Source of the DNA: a virus
Lineage: Duplodnaviria > Caudoviricetes
Virus record (IMG/VR): IMGVR_UViG_3300012665_000376
Coordinates: 1-62,021 of that record
Direction: 5' to 3' (one strand)
DNA length: 62,021 nucleotides
Below, in pieces: positions 49,238 to 58,398 of this stretch. A program made the position numbers and the translations under genes. The notes below the pieces were generated by a model, which had not been told where the DNA came from, did no database searches, and was given only the letters and a program-made list of their open reading frames with translations. The number at the start of each line of letters is the position of its first letter. Position 1 is the stretch's first letter.

Positions 49238-50569
49238 CTAGACTGAGTATTTAACGAAGTGCTCGTTACCTACTGTCTCTAATCCCTCGATAGAGCTGTA
49301 CACGATATCTAAAGTGTCAGTATCTGAAGTTGGAGTTGGAGCTAAACCACCTAACATCTTCTCACGGAAACGAGAGTTAACGCCATCTGGCATCTCTAAG
49401 TAACGCATCATCATACGGTCTACTTGACCACCACCTTGCTCAACCTTAATCTTACCAGCAGGAACTAAATAAGCTTCTTTAGTGAAAGCTGTAGCACCAC
49501 CTACTGCAGTGATTTGTGGATGAGATAAAGCGTTAAGACGCTTCTTGTGGAAAGTACGTCCGTAAGCAGCGATAGAATTAACACCTAAAGCAATACTAAC
49601 ATCTTTCTTACCACCAAATGAAGCATAGTTGATTGCTCCGTTAACGAATTGAGTAGCAGCTGTAATAGTTGTATCAAAAGCGTTATCGAAATCAGCACCA
49701 GCCCATAATAAATACTCAGATGGGCAACGGTTAGCATCCATCAAACGAGATAATGCAGATAAGTCAGCTAAAGTAACTGTGCTACCTGTAGCTGTAGAAG
49801 AAGAAATACCACCTGCGTTAACAATAGTATCGCGTAAACCACGAGTTGTATTGATAGCGTTACCAGCAGCATCAGTTAAACCTGCAGACTCACGACCAAA
49901 CAAGATAGCATAAAGGATATCCATACGGTGCTTCAAATACGCATCGTGCTGTTGCTTTAAGAAGTAGTAAGGCTTTCCTTTGAACTCAACCTCAATCTTA
50001 GAACCGTAAGCGATATCTGTGATAGAAGTTTTAGTTTTGAAAATCTGTAACTTGTTAGAACGCTTGATTAAGTCAGACTTACGCATCTGGTTAGAACCAG
50101 TTCCCTCCGCATACGCGTTAGACATAAATGATAACTTAGAACCAGTTGTAGCAGCAGGAATTGCATCCGCAGAATTAACTGGCTTAACAGTAAGAACGAA
50201 GTCTGTAGCTGCAGAAATTGCAGAAACGTAACCAACGATACCGTTAGAGAACAAAATCAATTCTCCTACTAATGGCTTAACAGAAGTTGCGCCAACGCAA
50301 GTGATATCTACTGAAGCACCAGCTGAACCCGCAGAAGTACCTGGAGTTTTAACTGTAGCCGTAGCATATAAGAAGTTGTTTTGTACAGTGAAGTATTCAG
50401 TTTGTGCAGTAGCTTTTGACTTGCCTGTCCAATCTAATACGTCCAACATAGACGCCTCTTCATCATAGATGTCAAGTACGTCCTTTAAAATTTCACGTTG
50501 CTCTAACGTGTTTGTGAATGATACAGTCGACAAGAATGTTCTGTCGATGTTACCTGCTCCAATAGCCAT
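49238..50569 (-). CDS. major capsid protein
   Basis: 443 aa after the scaffold; NAYAEGT...SNKLQIFKT, TTRGL motifs; strongly biased codons; followed by a terminator. Confidence 0.85.
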   Translation of the reverse strand: MAIGAGNIDRTFLSTVSFTNTLEQREILKDVLDIYDEEASMLDVLDWTGKSKATAQTEYFTVQNNFLYATATVKTPGTSAGSAGASVDITCVGATSVKPLVGELILFSNGIVGYVSAISAATDFVLTVKPVNSADAIPAATTGSKLSFMSNAYAEGTGSNQMRKSDLIKRSNKLQIFKTKTSITDIAYGSKIEVEFKGKPYYFLKQQHDAYLKHRMDILYAILFGRESAGLTDAAGNAINTTRGLRDTIVNAGGISSSTATGSTVTLADLSALSRLMDANRCPSEYLLWAGADFDNAFDTTITAATQFVNGAINYASFGGKKDVSIALGVNSIAAYGRTFHKKRLNALSHPQITAVGGATAFTKEAYLVPAGKIKVEQGGGQVDRMMMRYLEMPDGVNSRFREKMLGGLAPTPTSDTDTLDIVYSSIEGLETVGNEHFVKYSV

Positions 50570-50595
50570 TTTTTAAATAATTTAATTGTTAAACA

Positions 50596-51675
50596 CTATT
50601 TTTTTGTAATAGTCATACCTTGTAAGAAAGCAATTGGGTCATCTGATGGTCTTTCAATATTGTTAGACTCAATAACCGTCTTATTAATCGTCGGAGGCAC
50701 AACATTCTTTAGTTCAGACTCCATCGCCTTGCGTCCTAAAGACTTTCCGTGTTTAATTAACTCGCTTATAAATTGAGTTGGATTCTGTGCGAATGCAACT
50801 GTTTTTGTCCACTTATCCCAATCAACACTTCCGTCTTTTGCAAAGATGGAAAGGAACTTGTTTGAGTCCATAGCGTAATCAACGACAGCATTTGGGTCTT
50901 GAATCTGGTAATTAATACCCTCTCCGTTTGCCCCTATTTTAATAATGTTGTCTTTGATAACACCGCTAACTCCCTCACTAATAATCTTTCTGCTCTGTTC
51001 TTGTTGAGCAGCTAATTCTTCTTGCGAAGCACCATTTGAAACTTGTGGCGATGAATTGACATTGTTTAGGAATTGCTGTTGCTCTTCCATAAAAGTTTGT
51101 CTTAGCTTTTGTGCATCTCGCCTTAATAAAGCCTCCCCAACTTCTTTGTCTTCCTCGTCATAAGTATCCAACCCATATTTCTCAAGCTCCTTATCAAATA
51201 GCTTTTGTCTTGCTTTAGGACTCAAGTCATAGTTCTCTGTATCAAACTTAACTTTAAGTACCTCTAAATCCGACATTTCGCTATAATCGACTTCGGTTGC
51301 TCTTAAGAAAGGCTGTAGTGTACCATACGTCTCGTAGTATTGTACAGCTTTCTCAATGAACGGGTCTTTAAATTTATACTGAGCAACAGGAGTTTCTTCT
51401 GGAATGCTATCCGCGTCATTTGACTGAGTCGTATCAGTCTGCTGAACTACAGTTTCTTGCGCATACCCATCTTCAACTTCCGCTGTTTCGGTATCTTCTA
51501 TAGGAGTCTCAACGTTTTGAGGCTCATTATCTTCATTAGAAACATCAACTCCTTGGTCTTCAGTGCTATCATTTGCGCTAGAAGTTTCCTCGGAAGTATC
51601 TGATGTTTCTTCTGTTGTTGTTTCAATTGGTTCGTCTTTAGACAATAATTCGTCTAGATTAATCGGCTCTGCCAT
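50596..51675 (-). CDS. capsid scaffolding protein
   Basis: very acidic disordered N-terminus plus coiled coil, between portal and capsid. Confidence 0.75.
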   Translation of the reverse strand: MAEPINLDELLSKDEPIETTTEETSDTSEETSSANDSTEDQGVDVSNEDNEPQNVETPIEDTETAEVEDGYAQETVVQQTDTTQSNDADSIPEETPVAQYKFKDPFIEKAVQYYETYGTLQPFLRATEVDYSEMSDLEVLKVKFDTENYDLSPKARQKLFDKELEKYGLDTYDEEDKEVGEALLRRDAQKLRQTFMEEQQQFLNNVNSSPQVSNGASQEELAAQQEQSRKIISEGVSGVIKDNIIKIGANGEGINYQIQDPNAVVDYAMDSNKFLSIFAKDGSVDWDKWTKTVAFAQNPTQFISELIKHGKSLGRKAMESELKNVVPPTINKTVIESNNIERPSDDPIAFLQGMTITKK

Positions 51676-51697
51676 ATTATATTATTGTTTGGTTATG

Positions 51698-51729
51698 CAA
51701 ATGTATAAACTATTTCCCTTTACTTGCAA
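51698..51729 (-). promoter_or_regulatory. Bacteroidota-type promoter for scaffold/capsid
   Basis: - strand TTG (51729-51727), 21-nt spacer, TACATTTG (51705-51698). Confidence 0.7.
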
Positions 51730-54010
51730 GCTGCTTTTCCTCCTTTTTAATCTGGGCAATGTATTCTCGGCTATCCGCTTCAATTTTAGCCGTATTAATT
51801 TTGCCCTCAAGTTTGCCTTGCTCAATCATTGCCTCATTTTGTAGCTTCATAGCTAATAACTGAGCCTCTAATTGTTTTTCTAGCTGCAAGTATTGAGACT
51901 TAAGCTGGATTTCCATCTGAAGAGTCTGTTGTTTAGCAGCTTCCGCAGCTTGAGCAGATTGCTGTTGAATCTGACCATTCATTTGCTGTTGCTCTAAAGC
52001 ACGCTTCTGTTTCTCTTCCTCGTTCTGTTTAATCTTGTACGCAAGCATTACCTCAGAATACTTTAAGTTCTCAAGGTTTTCAAGCATAATAGCATCCGCT
52101 AAGGTAATCTGTCCAGACTGGATAGCTAGATTGATTCTTTGAGCTAATTTGTCTTTTTCAAACTCAGTTGGCTTTTGTGAAACTACCAATCCGCACTCGT
52201 GCGCGCTAGTATTAGGGTCTAACTTAAAGAACTGTACCGAAGAACTGCCTAAAGCGCGAATATACCCCTCAATTGTTCCGTTTTCAGCAGAATCTTGAAT
52301 GCGAAGAGTTAAGTTGTAGCATAACTTCTCTAATAATTCACGTTCTGCACGCTTAATAAAGTCTAATGAGTTATTAGTTGATTCAGATGCATACTTCGCC
52401 ACACCATTTAATGTCCGTGGGTCAGGTGTTGAACCATCTGTAATCTCATTAAATCCTAAAATGTCGCGAAGTAATTGGATGTTATTAGTAATGATATTGA
52501 AATACTGAGTTGCCTCGCTACCAATACCGTTATCAAGTTCCTCAATAGGCTTGTAATTACTAGCTGACCCCTCATCAGATAAACGGCGATAAACCAAGTT
52601 ACCTGTCTGGTTGTATAAGTCAATAATCTGCATAGGCGTCATTGCCTTGCCACCCTTACCAATAGGCACATTCTCTAAAGCACCAAGTTCAATCATAATA
52701 CCACGAGGACGTGCGCGTAGCATCACGTTCTGTAGTTTGTACCAAGCTAACTGAATCTGGTCAGCAATGGCTTTCATTTGGCTACCTAATGAATAAGTAA
52801 TCATCTGATAGATGTTAGGTGCTACAACGTGATATGAAAGCGTAGTGTTTGATAAATCAGACTTAGCGCGTTTCATATTAGTTGCCAACTTGCAATCAAA
52901 GAAGATATCGCTATCTACAATCCATTTGCCTTGGTAAACAACCTTGTAATCTGTCTTAGAATATTTCTTATCTTTGCGACCTGGTTTTACTTTAGAAGCT
53001 CTACCTACAACAACGTTACCTTTGGAGTTAATTCTTTCTTCTAAGATAAGACTGTTAACAGAATAGAACTCAATATCTAATACTGAAATACGGAATCCAT
53101 CATAGTTTTTAGTTTGATTAAATCCAGTATTCTTAACAAGCGTAGGATTACCCATCTTGTTAGTATATTTTTCTGCAATAGTCTCATACTGCTCGGCAGT
53201 AATCTGGTCGCCAGCTAATTCTTTTAAGTCAGAGATTGTCATCTCTACTACCTCGCCCATATACTGAACATCCTTAAATGATGGATTAGTCGTATAAGAC
53301 ATAACCATATTAGATGGATTTATACGGCGAATCTTTATATTGCCAGCAGCATCAAAGTATTCTTTGTAACCTGCAATACCAAAATCGTGTAGGTCTTCAA
53401 TAGCTAGTGCGCGTTCTTGCTCAAAGCTATTCATATTCAAAATAAGGTCAATAGCTTGCTCCATCTCAATAGCCATTCTATGCTTATATGAATAATTCAT
53501 ATACATATCAAGCTCTTGCAGGTTAGCTGCATCAATATCTGCTTCTGGAATTAACGATGGGTCAACGCCTTGTTTTTCAAACTCTTCTTTAAGTATTAAC
53601 TTAGCCGCATTATCTGCGTAGAATTTATTCTTATCGTCTTGAGCAATGGGGTCAATAGCGTCTACAGAAATATTGAAGTCAGACTTCATTAATGTAGCAA
53701 GCGCAATACGACGGAATTTAGGGATAATAGGTAAGATGTCCCAGCTTATGTTAGCCGTGGATTGGTCTTCATTAGCAGTGGACGATGGGTTAACCAGCTT
53801 CTTATATCTGCTAACAGACTGTTTGCCAAGCATATAAAGCTTGATTTCGTGATAGTTTTCGCGACCATTGTATAGTTGATTAGGGTAATAGGTTCCAAAG
53901 TCTCGCCAAGCAGCTTTAATGTATTGTGAAATCCAATTCTTGTCTTTTTTCTCGGTATCGATTAAATGACTTGGAAAGTCCATATTCTTTGGTACATCTT
54001 TTTCCATCAT
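51710..54010 (-). CDS. portal protein
   Basis: 766 aa after the terminase; ISWDILPIIPKF, IRRINPSN, GFNEITDGSTP; Q-rich C-terminal barrel. Confidence 0.85.
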   Translation of the reverse strand: MMEKDVPKNMDFPSHLIDTEKKDKNWISQYIKAAWRDFGTYYPNQLYNGRENYHEIKLYMLGKQSVSRYKKLVNPSSTANEDQSTANISWDILPIIPKFRRIALATLMKSDFNISVDAIDPIAQDDKNKFYADNAAKLILKEEFEKQGVDPSLIPEADIDAANLQELDMYMNYSYKHRMAIEMEQAIDLILNMNSFEQERALAIEDLHDFGIAGYKEYFDAAGNIKIRRINPSNMVMSYTTNPSFKDVQYMGEVVEMTISDLKELAGDQITAEQYETIAEKYTNKMGNPTLVKNTGFNQTKNYDGFRISVLDIEFYSVNSLILEERINSKGNVVVGRASKVKPGRKDKKYSKTDYKVVYQGKWIVDSDIFFDCKLATNMKRAKSDLSNTTLSYHVVAPNIYQMITYSLGSQMKAIADQIQLAWYKLQNVMLRARPRGIMIELGALENVPIGKGGKAMTPMQIIDLYNQTGNLVYRRLSDEGSASNYKPIEELDNGIGSEATQYFNIITNNIQLLRDILGFNEITDGSTPDPRTLNGVAKYASESTNNSLDFIKRAERELLEKLCYNLTLRIQDSAENGTIEGYIRALGSSSVQFFKLDPNTSAHECGLVVSQKPTEFEKDKLAQRINLAIQSGQITLADAIMLENLENLKYSEVMLAYKIKQNEEEKQKRALEQQQMNGQIQQQSAQAAEAAKQQTLQMEIQLKSQYLQLEKQLEAQLLAMKLQNEAMIEQGKLEGKINTAKIEADSREYIAQIKKEEKQLASKGK

Positions 54011-54013
54011 AGC

Positions 54014-56023
54014 TTAAAATGGGAATATCTCCCTTATATCGTATATTTTCTGTTTTTGCTCTACTCTTTCACTAAACTTAGACTTGTTAGCTTGTATTAA
54101 CGTGTAACCAGATGCCATCGCGGCGTCAAATTTGGTAGTCTTGTTAATATCGAAAGTTAACCAGTCTTTTAATAATCGCATAAAGATAACCTTTTCTACG
54201 TTCTCTGTAATATAACTTTCTGTTACTTCTGCAATCTGCTGGTGCGTCTTAACCGTAGCCGAGATTCCATACTTACTAGCACCAGGTAGTTTAACTAAAA
54301 ATTTGTCATATCCCCTGTACTCAAAGTATTTAATCAAGCCAACCTTGTTATCCTCGGATAATATCTCGCATCCAAAGAAATGACAAAGCTTAATCATATC
54401 TTCGTAAAATATCTCAGCCTTTTCAGGTCTATTAAGATATTCAACTAAGAACGTCTCACTAAACTCGTCTACCGCATCATATCTTCTATACACATAAGCT
54501 GCACCATCTGACCGCTCTTTACTTGTGGTAATGCTATGGTCAAAGGGGTCAACTGCTATTGCATACTTTTTACTTTCCTTTGGGACTTTACGAGTACCGT
54601 ATTCTTCTACTTGGTTGAAATTAGCGTAGTCATATATGTTAAGTTTCTTGTGAACCAAGAACTTTCCATTGGAAGTCTCGTTAAAGACAACTCTACTATC
54701 ACGCTCTGCTTTTTCCCAAACAAATTCTCCACGCAAATATAAATCTTTTTCAGCAATCCACGATATAGATTCCATCTGTCTGTTCAATGCCATCGCATCA
54801 TACAAACAAGTGTCTGCTTCGCTAAAGAATGCCTCGCCTATTGTAAAAGGGTTTTTGCGTATAAAAGAAGCCAGTGCACGCGGGTCCATCTCTAAAGCAG
54901 CACGTTCTGCTAGATAAAATTCTTTTGCCTTTTCTTCGTCGGCTTGACCAAACTTGTCATAGAACAAAGTCTTATAAGCAGGCATAAAGTATTGGTACAA
55001 TCCTGAACGGGTTCTACCGTTGGCATTCTTCTCGTTCTGATTGGATGCATCCCATAGCATTTTAAATGATTCCCCTCCATCTTCCATCTCCTCGACAGTA
55101 GTGGTATACAAAGCCTTGCCAATAATATTTTCCTCCTGCTGCAGACAGAACTGTAAGACTTGATGTCTGTCGTAGACGTCCACGTTCTTAGTCTTACCTG
55201 CCTCATCGCCTAGGTAGCGATGTAGCTTCATACCGTCATAAGCAAACTTATCAGCCGATTTAAAAGTAATAGATGATTCAAGCTCAATCTTTTCAGCAAA
55301 AATGTCGTCATTTGCACCTCGTTTATTTGTTTTAAAGAATCTTAGTTCTCCCTTAGGGGTCATACCCTTTTCTGTATCGTATATAGGAACAAAGAAATCG
55401 GGCAAGTATTTGAATGGCATAATAACTCCCTTAGCAAATACGTTCTCCTTAGCGTCCTCAAATGTCTTTGATTGGATACCCGCATTCTTATTCTTGCTTC
55501 TAGATGTTAATTCAAAAAGGAATGCACCTGCGCGCATAGTCTTTCCCTGACGACGCTTAGTTACCTCTACCATCCCTAAACAGTTAGGGTCTTGGACACA
55601 GTATTCTAGGAACATAAAAAAGTCCCTATCAGTCATCCTAAAAGAGGGGTAGCCTACGTCAAGTTTCCAATGCACCAAGTAAAAGTAATGTAAGCCAGTA
55701 ATATATGTTGCGTGACCATTGTTGTAAAACCAGAATCCATTAAGACGCCTGTCCCATTCTTGGTTGCGATATTCCTGAAGTTCAGGATTATAATATCCAG
55801 GACTAGCTTTTTGAGCAGCAATCTCTTTCTTACGCTTTATCTCGTAATCTTTAGGTGGTTCTGGTCTTTCCCAATACTGGTAGTCTTTCTTAACAGACCG
55901 CGACATTATTTCACGCTTCTCCCACTCATTAGTTATAATGTTATATACATACCCATTTGGCGGGATGCTAACCGTTATACCATTAATCTCATAAGGTTTC
56001 CCTTTGGCGTGTTTCCTATACAT
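54014..56023 (-). CDS. terL: terminase large subunit
   Basis: KRRQGKT Walker A, YLGDEAGK Walker B, AVDPFD and FDAAMASG nuclease motifs. Confidence 0.9.
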   Translation of the reverse strand: MYRKHAKGKPYEINGITVSIPPNGYVYNIITNEWEKREIMSRSVKKDYQYWERPEPPKDYEIKRKKEIAAQKASPGYYNPELQEYRNQEWDRRLNGFWFYNNGHATYITGLHYFYLVHWKLDVGYPSFRMTDRDFFMFLEYCVQDPNCLGMVEVTKRRQGKTMRAGAFLFELTSRSKNKNAGIQSKTFEDAKENVFAKGVIMPFKYLPDFFVPIYDTEKGMTPKGELRFFKTNKRGANDDIFAEKIELESSITFKSADKFAYDGMKLHRYLGDEAGKTKNVDVYDRHQVLQFCLQQEENIIGKALYTTTVEEMEDGGESFKMLWDASNQNEKNANGRTRSGLYQYFMPAYKTLFYDKFGQADEEKAKEFYLAERAALEMDPRALASFIRKNPFTIGEAFFSEADTCLYDAMALNRQMESISWIAEKDLYLRGEFVWEKAERDSRVVFNETSNGKFLVHKKLNIYDYANFNQVEEYGTRKVPKESKKYAIAVDPFDHSITTSKERSDGAAYVYRRYDAVDEFSETFLVEYLNRPEKAEIFYEDMIKLCHFFGCEILSEDNKVGLIKYFEYRGYDKFLVKLPGASKYGISATVKTHQQIAEVTESYITENVEKVIFMRLLKDWLTFDINKTTKFDAAMASGYTLIQANKSKFSERVEQKQKIYDIREIFPF

Positions 56024-56576
56024 TTGCTATTGCCTCAGGCGTTAAGTTAAGAATCTCACTTTTCTTTTCTTTAGTGTCGCCAAAGAGTTTATCTTCGTAA
56101 GCTTCAATACGTTTAATAATGGCATCGCATTCAGCCATTAGCTTTGACTTAATTTCAAGTGCCTGTAATTTATCCTTGTCAGTTTTGTATTGAGTGATAG
56201 GACTTAATAACTCTCCCTGATACTGCCATAATACTTCCTCGTTAGCTGCCAGAATAGACCATATCTTAGATGACTGATGCCTTAAGTAGGAGTTTATATA
56301 GGCAAGCATTTTATTGTCGCTTAGAGCAAAGATATCAGAGGTGTCTCCTTTAATGCCAGACATCTCAGCAGCCTCCTCCTTACGCTCCTGTATGTTAGAT
56401 ATTTTTAATCTTAGCGGACTCTTCTGGTCGTATATGAGTGCTATGTAAATAAGAATTGGAATATCTGAACTGGGTACGTTCCCAAATATCTGTTTGATAA
56501 TTGGATTTTTTGCAAGGTTGCTATCTTCGATAGGTATTGCTAAGTCTGCGAAATCTTCTTTATTGAATAATGCCAT
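56016..56576 (-). CDS. terminase small subunit candidate
   Basis: helical ORF immediately upstream of and overlapping terL; ATG at 56576 preferred to the TTG start at 56690. Confidence 0.6.
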   Translation of the reverse strand: MALFNKEDFADLAIPIEDSNLAKNPIIKQIFGNVPSSDIPILIYIALIYDQKSPLRLKISNIQERKEEAAEMSGIKGDTSDIFALSDNKMLAYINSYLRHQSSKIWSILAANEEVLWQYQGELLSPITQYKTDKDKLQALEIKSKLMAECDAIIKRIEAYEDKLFGDTKEKKSEILNLTPEAIANV

Positions 56577-56723
56577 ATCTGTTATGCTCCTACTATATGT
56601 TACGCGGTATTGAAACTCGGCGGCGCGGCGTCCCAATCTCTTTTCTTTTTTTTTGTCTTCTAAAGGAAACAAGTTTCCTTTTTGTTTCAATGGTTTGATA
56701 GTCTTTAGGCTCCGCGCAATATT

Positions 56724-56850
56724 GTTTATTAATACTTATTTATTATATTATATATTATATGGTAATCAGTTACCAGAGGTATGGTAATACATTACCAGAG
56801 GGTATGGTAATCAGTTACCAGAGGGGTATGGTAATCAGTTACCAGAGGGG
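56724..56850. repeat. second iteron array (four boxes) plus AT-rich tract, inverted relative to the origin in the initiator gene
   Basis: TGGTAA-N4-TTACCA at 56760-56775, 56782-56797, 56805-56820 and 56829-56844. Confidence 0.9.
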
Positions 56851-56851
56851 T

Positions 56852-57496
56852 CTAGTCTTTAGAGCATAAAATATCGCCCTGGCGCACTGTATAATACTCT
56901 TTTCCCTCTATGGTATTTTTAAAGTTTGAGTTTTTGTTTAAAATTACTAGTGCCCCGCTGTTAACTTTTAACTCATCTGTATTGACTAATGGTTTACCAA
57001 TATGTGCAAGCCTAGCAAACTTAGTAGATGGCTTCTTGTTGATACCAATTACTAGACCTGAAGCCGATGTTATAGCCTCAATCTTTTGACCGTTAACTTC
57101 AACGTGATTAAACTCTTCTTCAACCACTGTTTCACATAAAGTCCAGCCACCAACAGGTAATATATTACCACTCCTAACGATACAAAATACCCAATAATAA
57201 GGTACTTTATAATAGTTCCCGTAGATACAGTTCGTTTCATCAGATGTAGTTAAGTAATGAAAGTAAATAATGTCCCCTACCTGTACTTCCTTTTCAATCT
57301 CAAAGCCCTCTTCGTTGTAAGCTTTTCCATCAGGCACAGCTATTACACGACCATAGATTCTGGCGTACTGCGTAGGATTAAATTCAGGGTCTATATGGAG
57401 CTTTAAATTACCGTATTGGACAGTATCATCCAAAGCAGCACCCACTTCAACCACGACCGTATTTGGTGGCGATTTCTTGATATCGTAAGTAAGCAT
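56852..57496 (-). CDS. co-chaperonin GroES-like protein with two tandem GroES domains
   Basis: GRVIAVP..EVQVGDIIYF, then LPVGGW..SASGLVI..IEGKEYYTVRQGDIL. Confidence 0.75.
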   Translation of the reverse strand: MLTYDIKKSPPNTVVVEVGAALDDTVQYGNLKLHIDPEFNPTQYARIYGRVIAVPDGKAYNEEGFEIEKEVQVGDIIYFHYLTTSDETNCIYGNYYKVPYYWVFCIVRSGNILPVGGWTLCETVVEEEFNHVEVNGQKIEAITSASGLVIGINKKPSTKFARLAHIGKPLVNTDELKVNSGALVILNKNSNFKNTIEGKEYYTVRQGDILCSKD

Positions 57497-57522
57497 TAAA
57501 ATGTTTGTTTGGTTTGTAAAGG

Positions 57523-57553
57523 TAAAGATAGATAGATAAGGTCATATATACAA
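57523..57553 (-). promoter_or_regulatory. promoter candidate for the late operon
   Basis: - strand TTG (57553-57551), 20-nt spacer, TATCTTTA (one mismatch to TAnnTTTG). Confidence 0.5.
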
Positions 57554-58091
57554 TAATTACTATCATATGCTTCGTCGGTCAATTTGCTCTAAACGCAGTT
57601 TTTGCACCGTGTGGTTGTAGATTCAGGGTTATATGTGATTGGGCGTGGGTCGCGCGCGAGAACGACAAACGACTTTTGGCGATGGGGTGGGGTCGCATTT
57701 CAGAATCCGAAATCCAAAAATTAGGTCAATGTATTACTGTGATACAATAAACAATTTCCTAATGTATCCTCCTGATACAATGGATCTATATCGGCATTAT
57801 ATTACCGATGTCATCTTCAGCAAGAGAGAAACAATACTCTACTAGTCAAGTAGGGAAATATTTGTACAGAATAATGCCCTCTAGGATAATGTGAGGGGGT
57901 AAATGACCTAGGCGGACTACCCGCCACGCATCCACACCCATAGAAAACACCCCATTTTACTAGCATTCGTTTTAAGGGGTCATATCTTCGATTTAAGACA
58001 CTTTACCCCCTAGAATGTCCATTCTATCCACCTAGAGCGAGATAATGCCTTAGACGCAAAATAGGGGTAATTTTGATGTTAAAAATTCTGC

Positions 58092-58220
58092 TATACGCGT
58101 GTGCGTGTGTGATGTGCGCCTACGCGTGTGTGCTCGCGTGTATGTGCGTGTGTGTGCATACCTGCGCGACGTGTGTACGCTTGCGCGTGTCGTGATGTGC
58201 GCGCAATACGCGTGTGTGCG
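58092..58220. repeat. alternating purine-pyrimidine (GT/GC) tract
   Basis: ~130 nt of mostly (GT)n/(GC)n; TACGCGTGTG three times and GTGATGTGCGC twice. Confidence 0.85.
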
Positions 58221-58299
58221 GTTTCAGTATCTTTTAAAGGGGTTTCTCTTAGAATAGTACAAAAACAGTATATTTTCGTTGTATTATTCTAAGAAAATG

Positions 58300-58332
58300 G
58301 GGATTTCGTCTACACATTTCGGGATTTCGTCT
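58300..58332. repeat. direct repeat upstream of the early promoter
   Basis: GGGATTTCGTCT at 58300-58311 and 58321-58332 (21-bp period). Confidence 0.7.
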
Positions 58333-58361
58333 CATATCAGGGTTATTTTAAGGGGGTGCTA

Positions 58362-58391
58362 TTGTAAATCAAAAAGTTTAGGCAATCTTTG
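58362..58391 (+). promoter_or_regulatory. early promoter candidate
   Basis: TTG (58362-58364), 19-nt spacer, AATCTTTG (one mismatch); the structured RNA begins about 7 nt downstream. Confidence 0.6.
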
Positions 58392-58398
58392 TAATGTC

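Noticed and set aside
17581-55550. Many + strand ORFs within the late arm (e.g. 20353..20970, 22102..22623, 47821..48219)
   Set aside because: Antisense shadows of long, well-supported - strand genes, with no motifs of their own
56760-56850. CRISPR array
   Set aside because: Repeats are 16 bp with 6-8 bp near-identical spacers and no cas genes; they match the origin iterons instead
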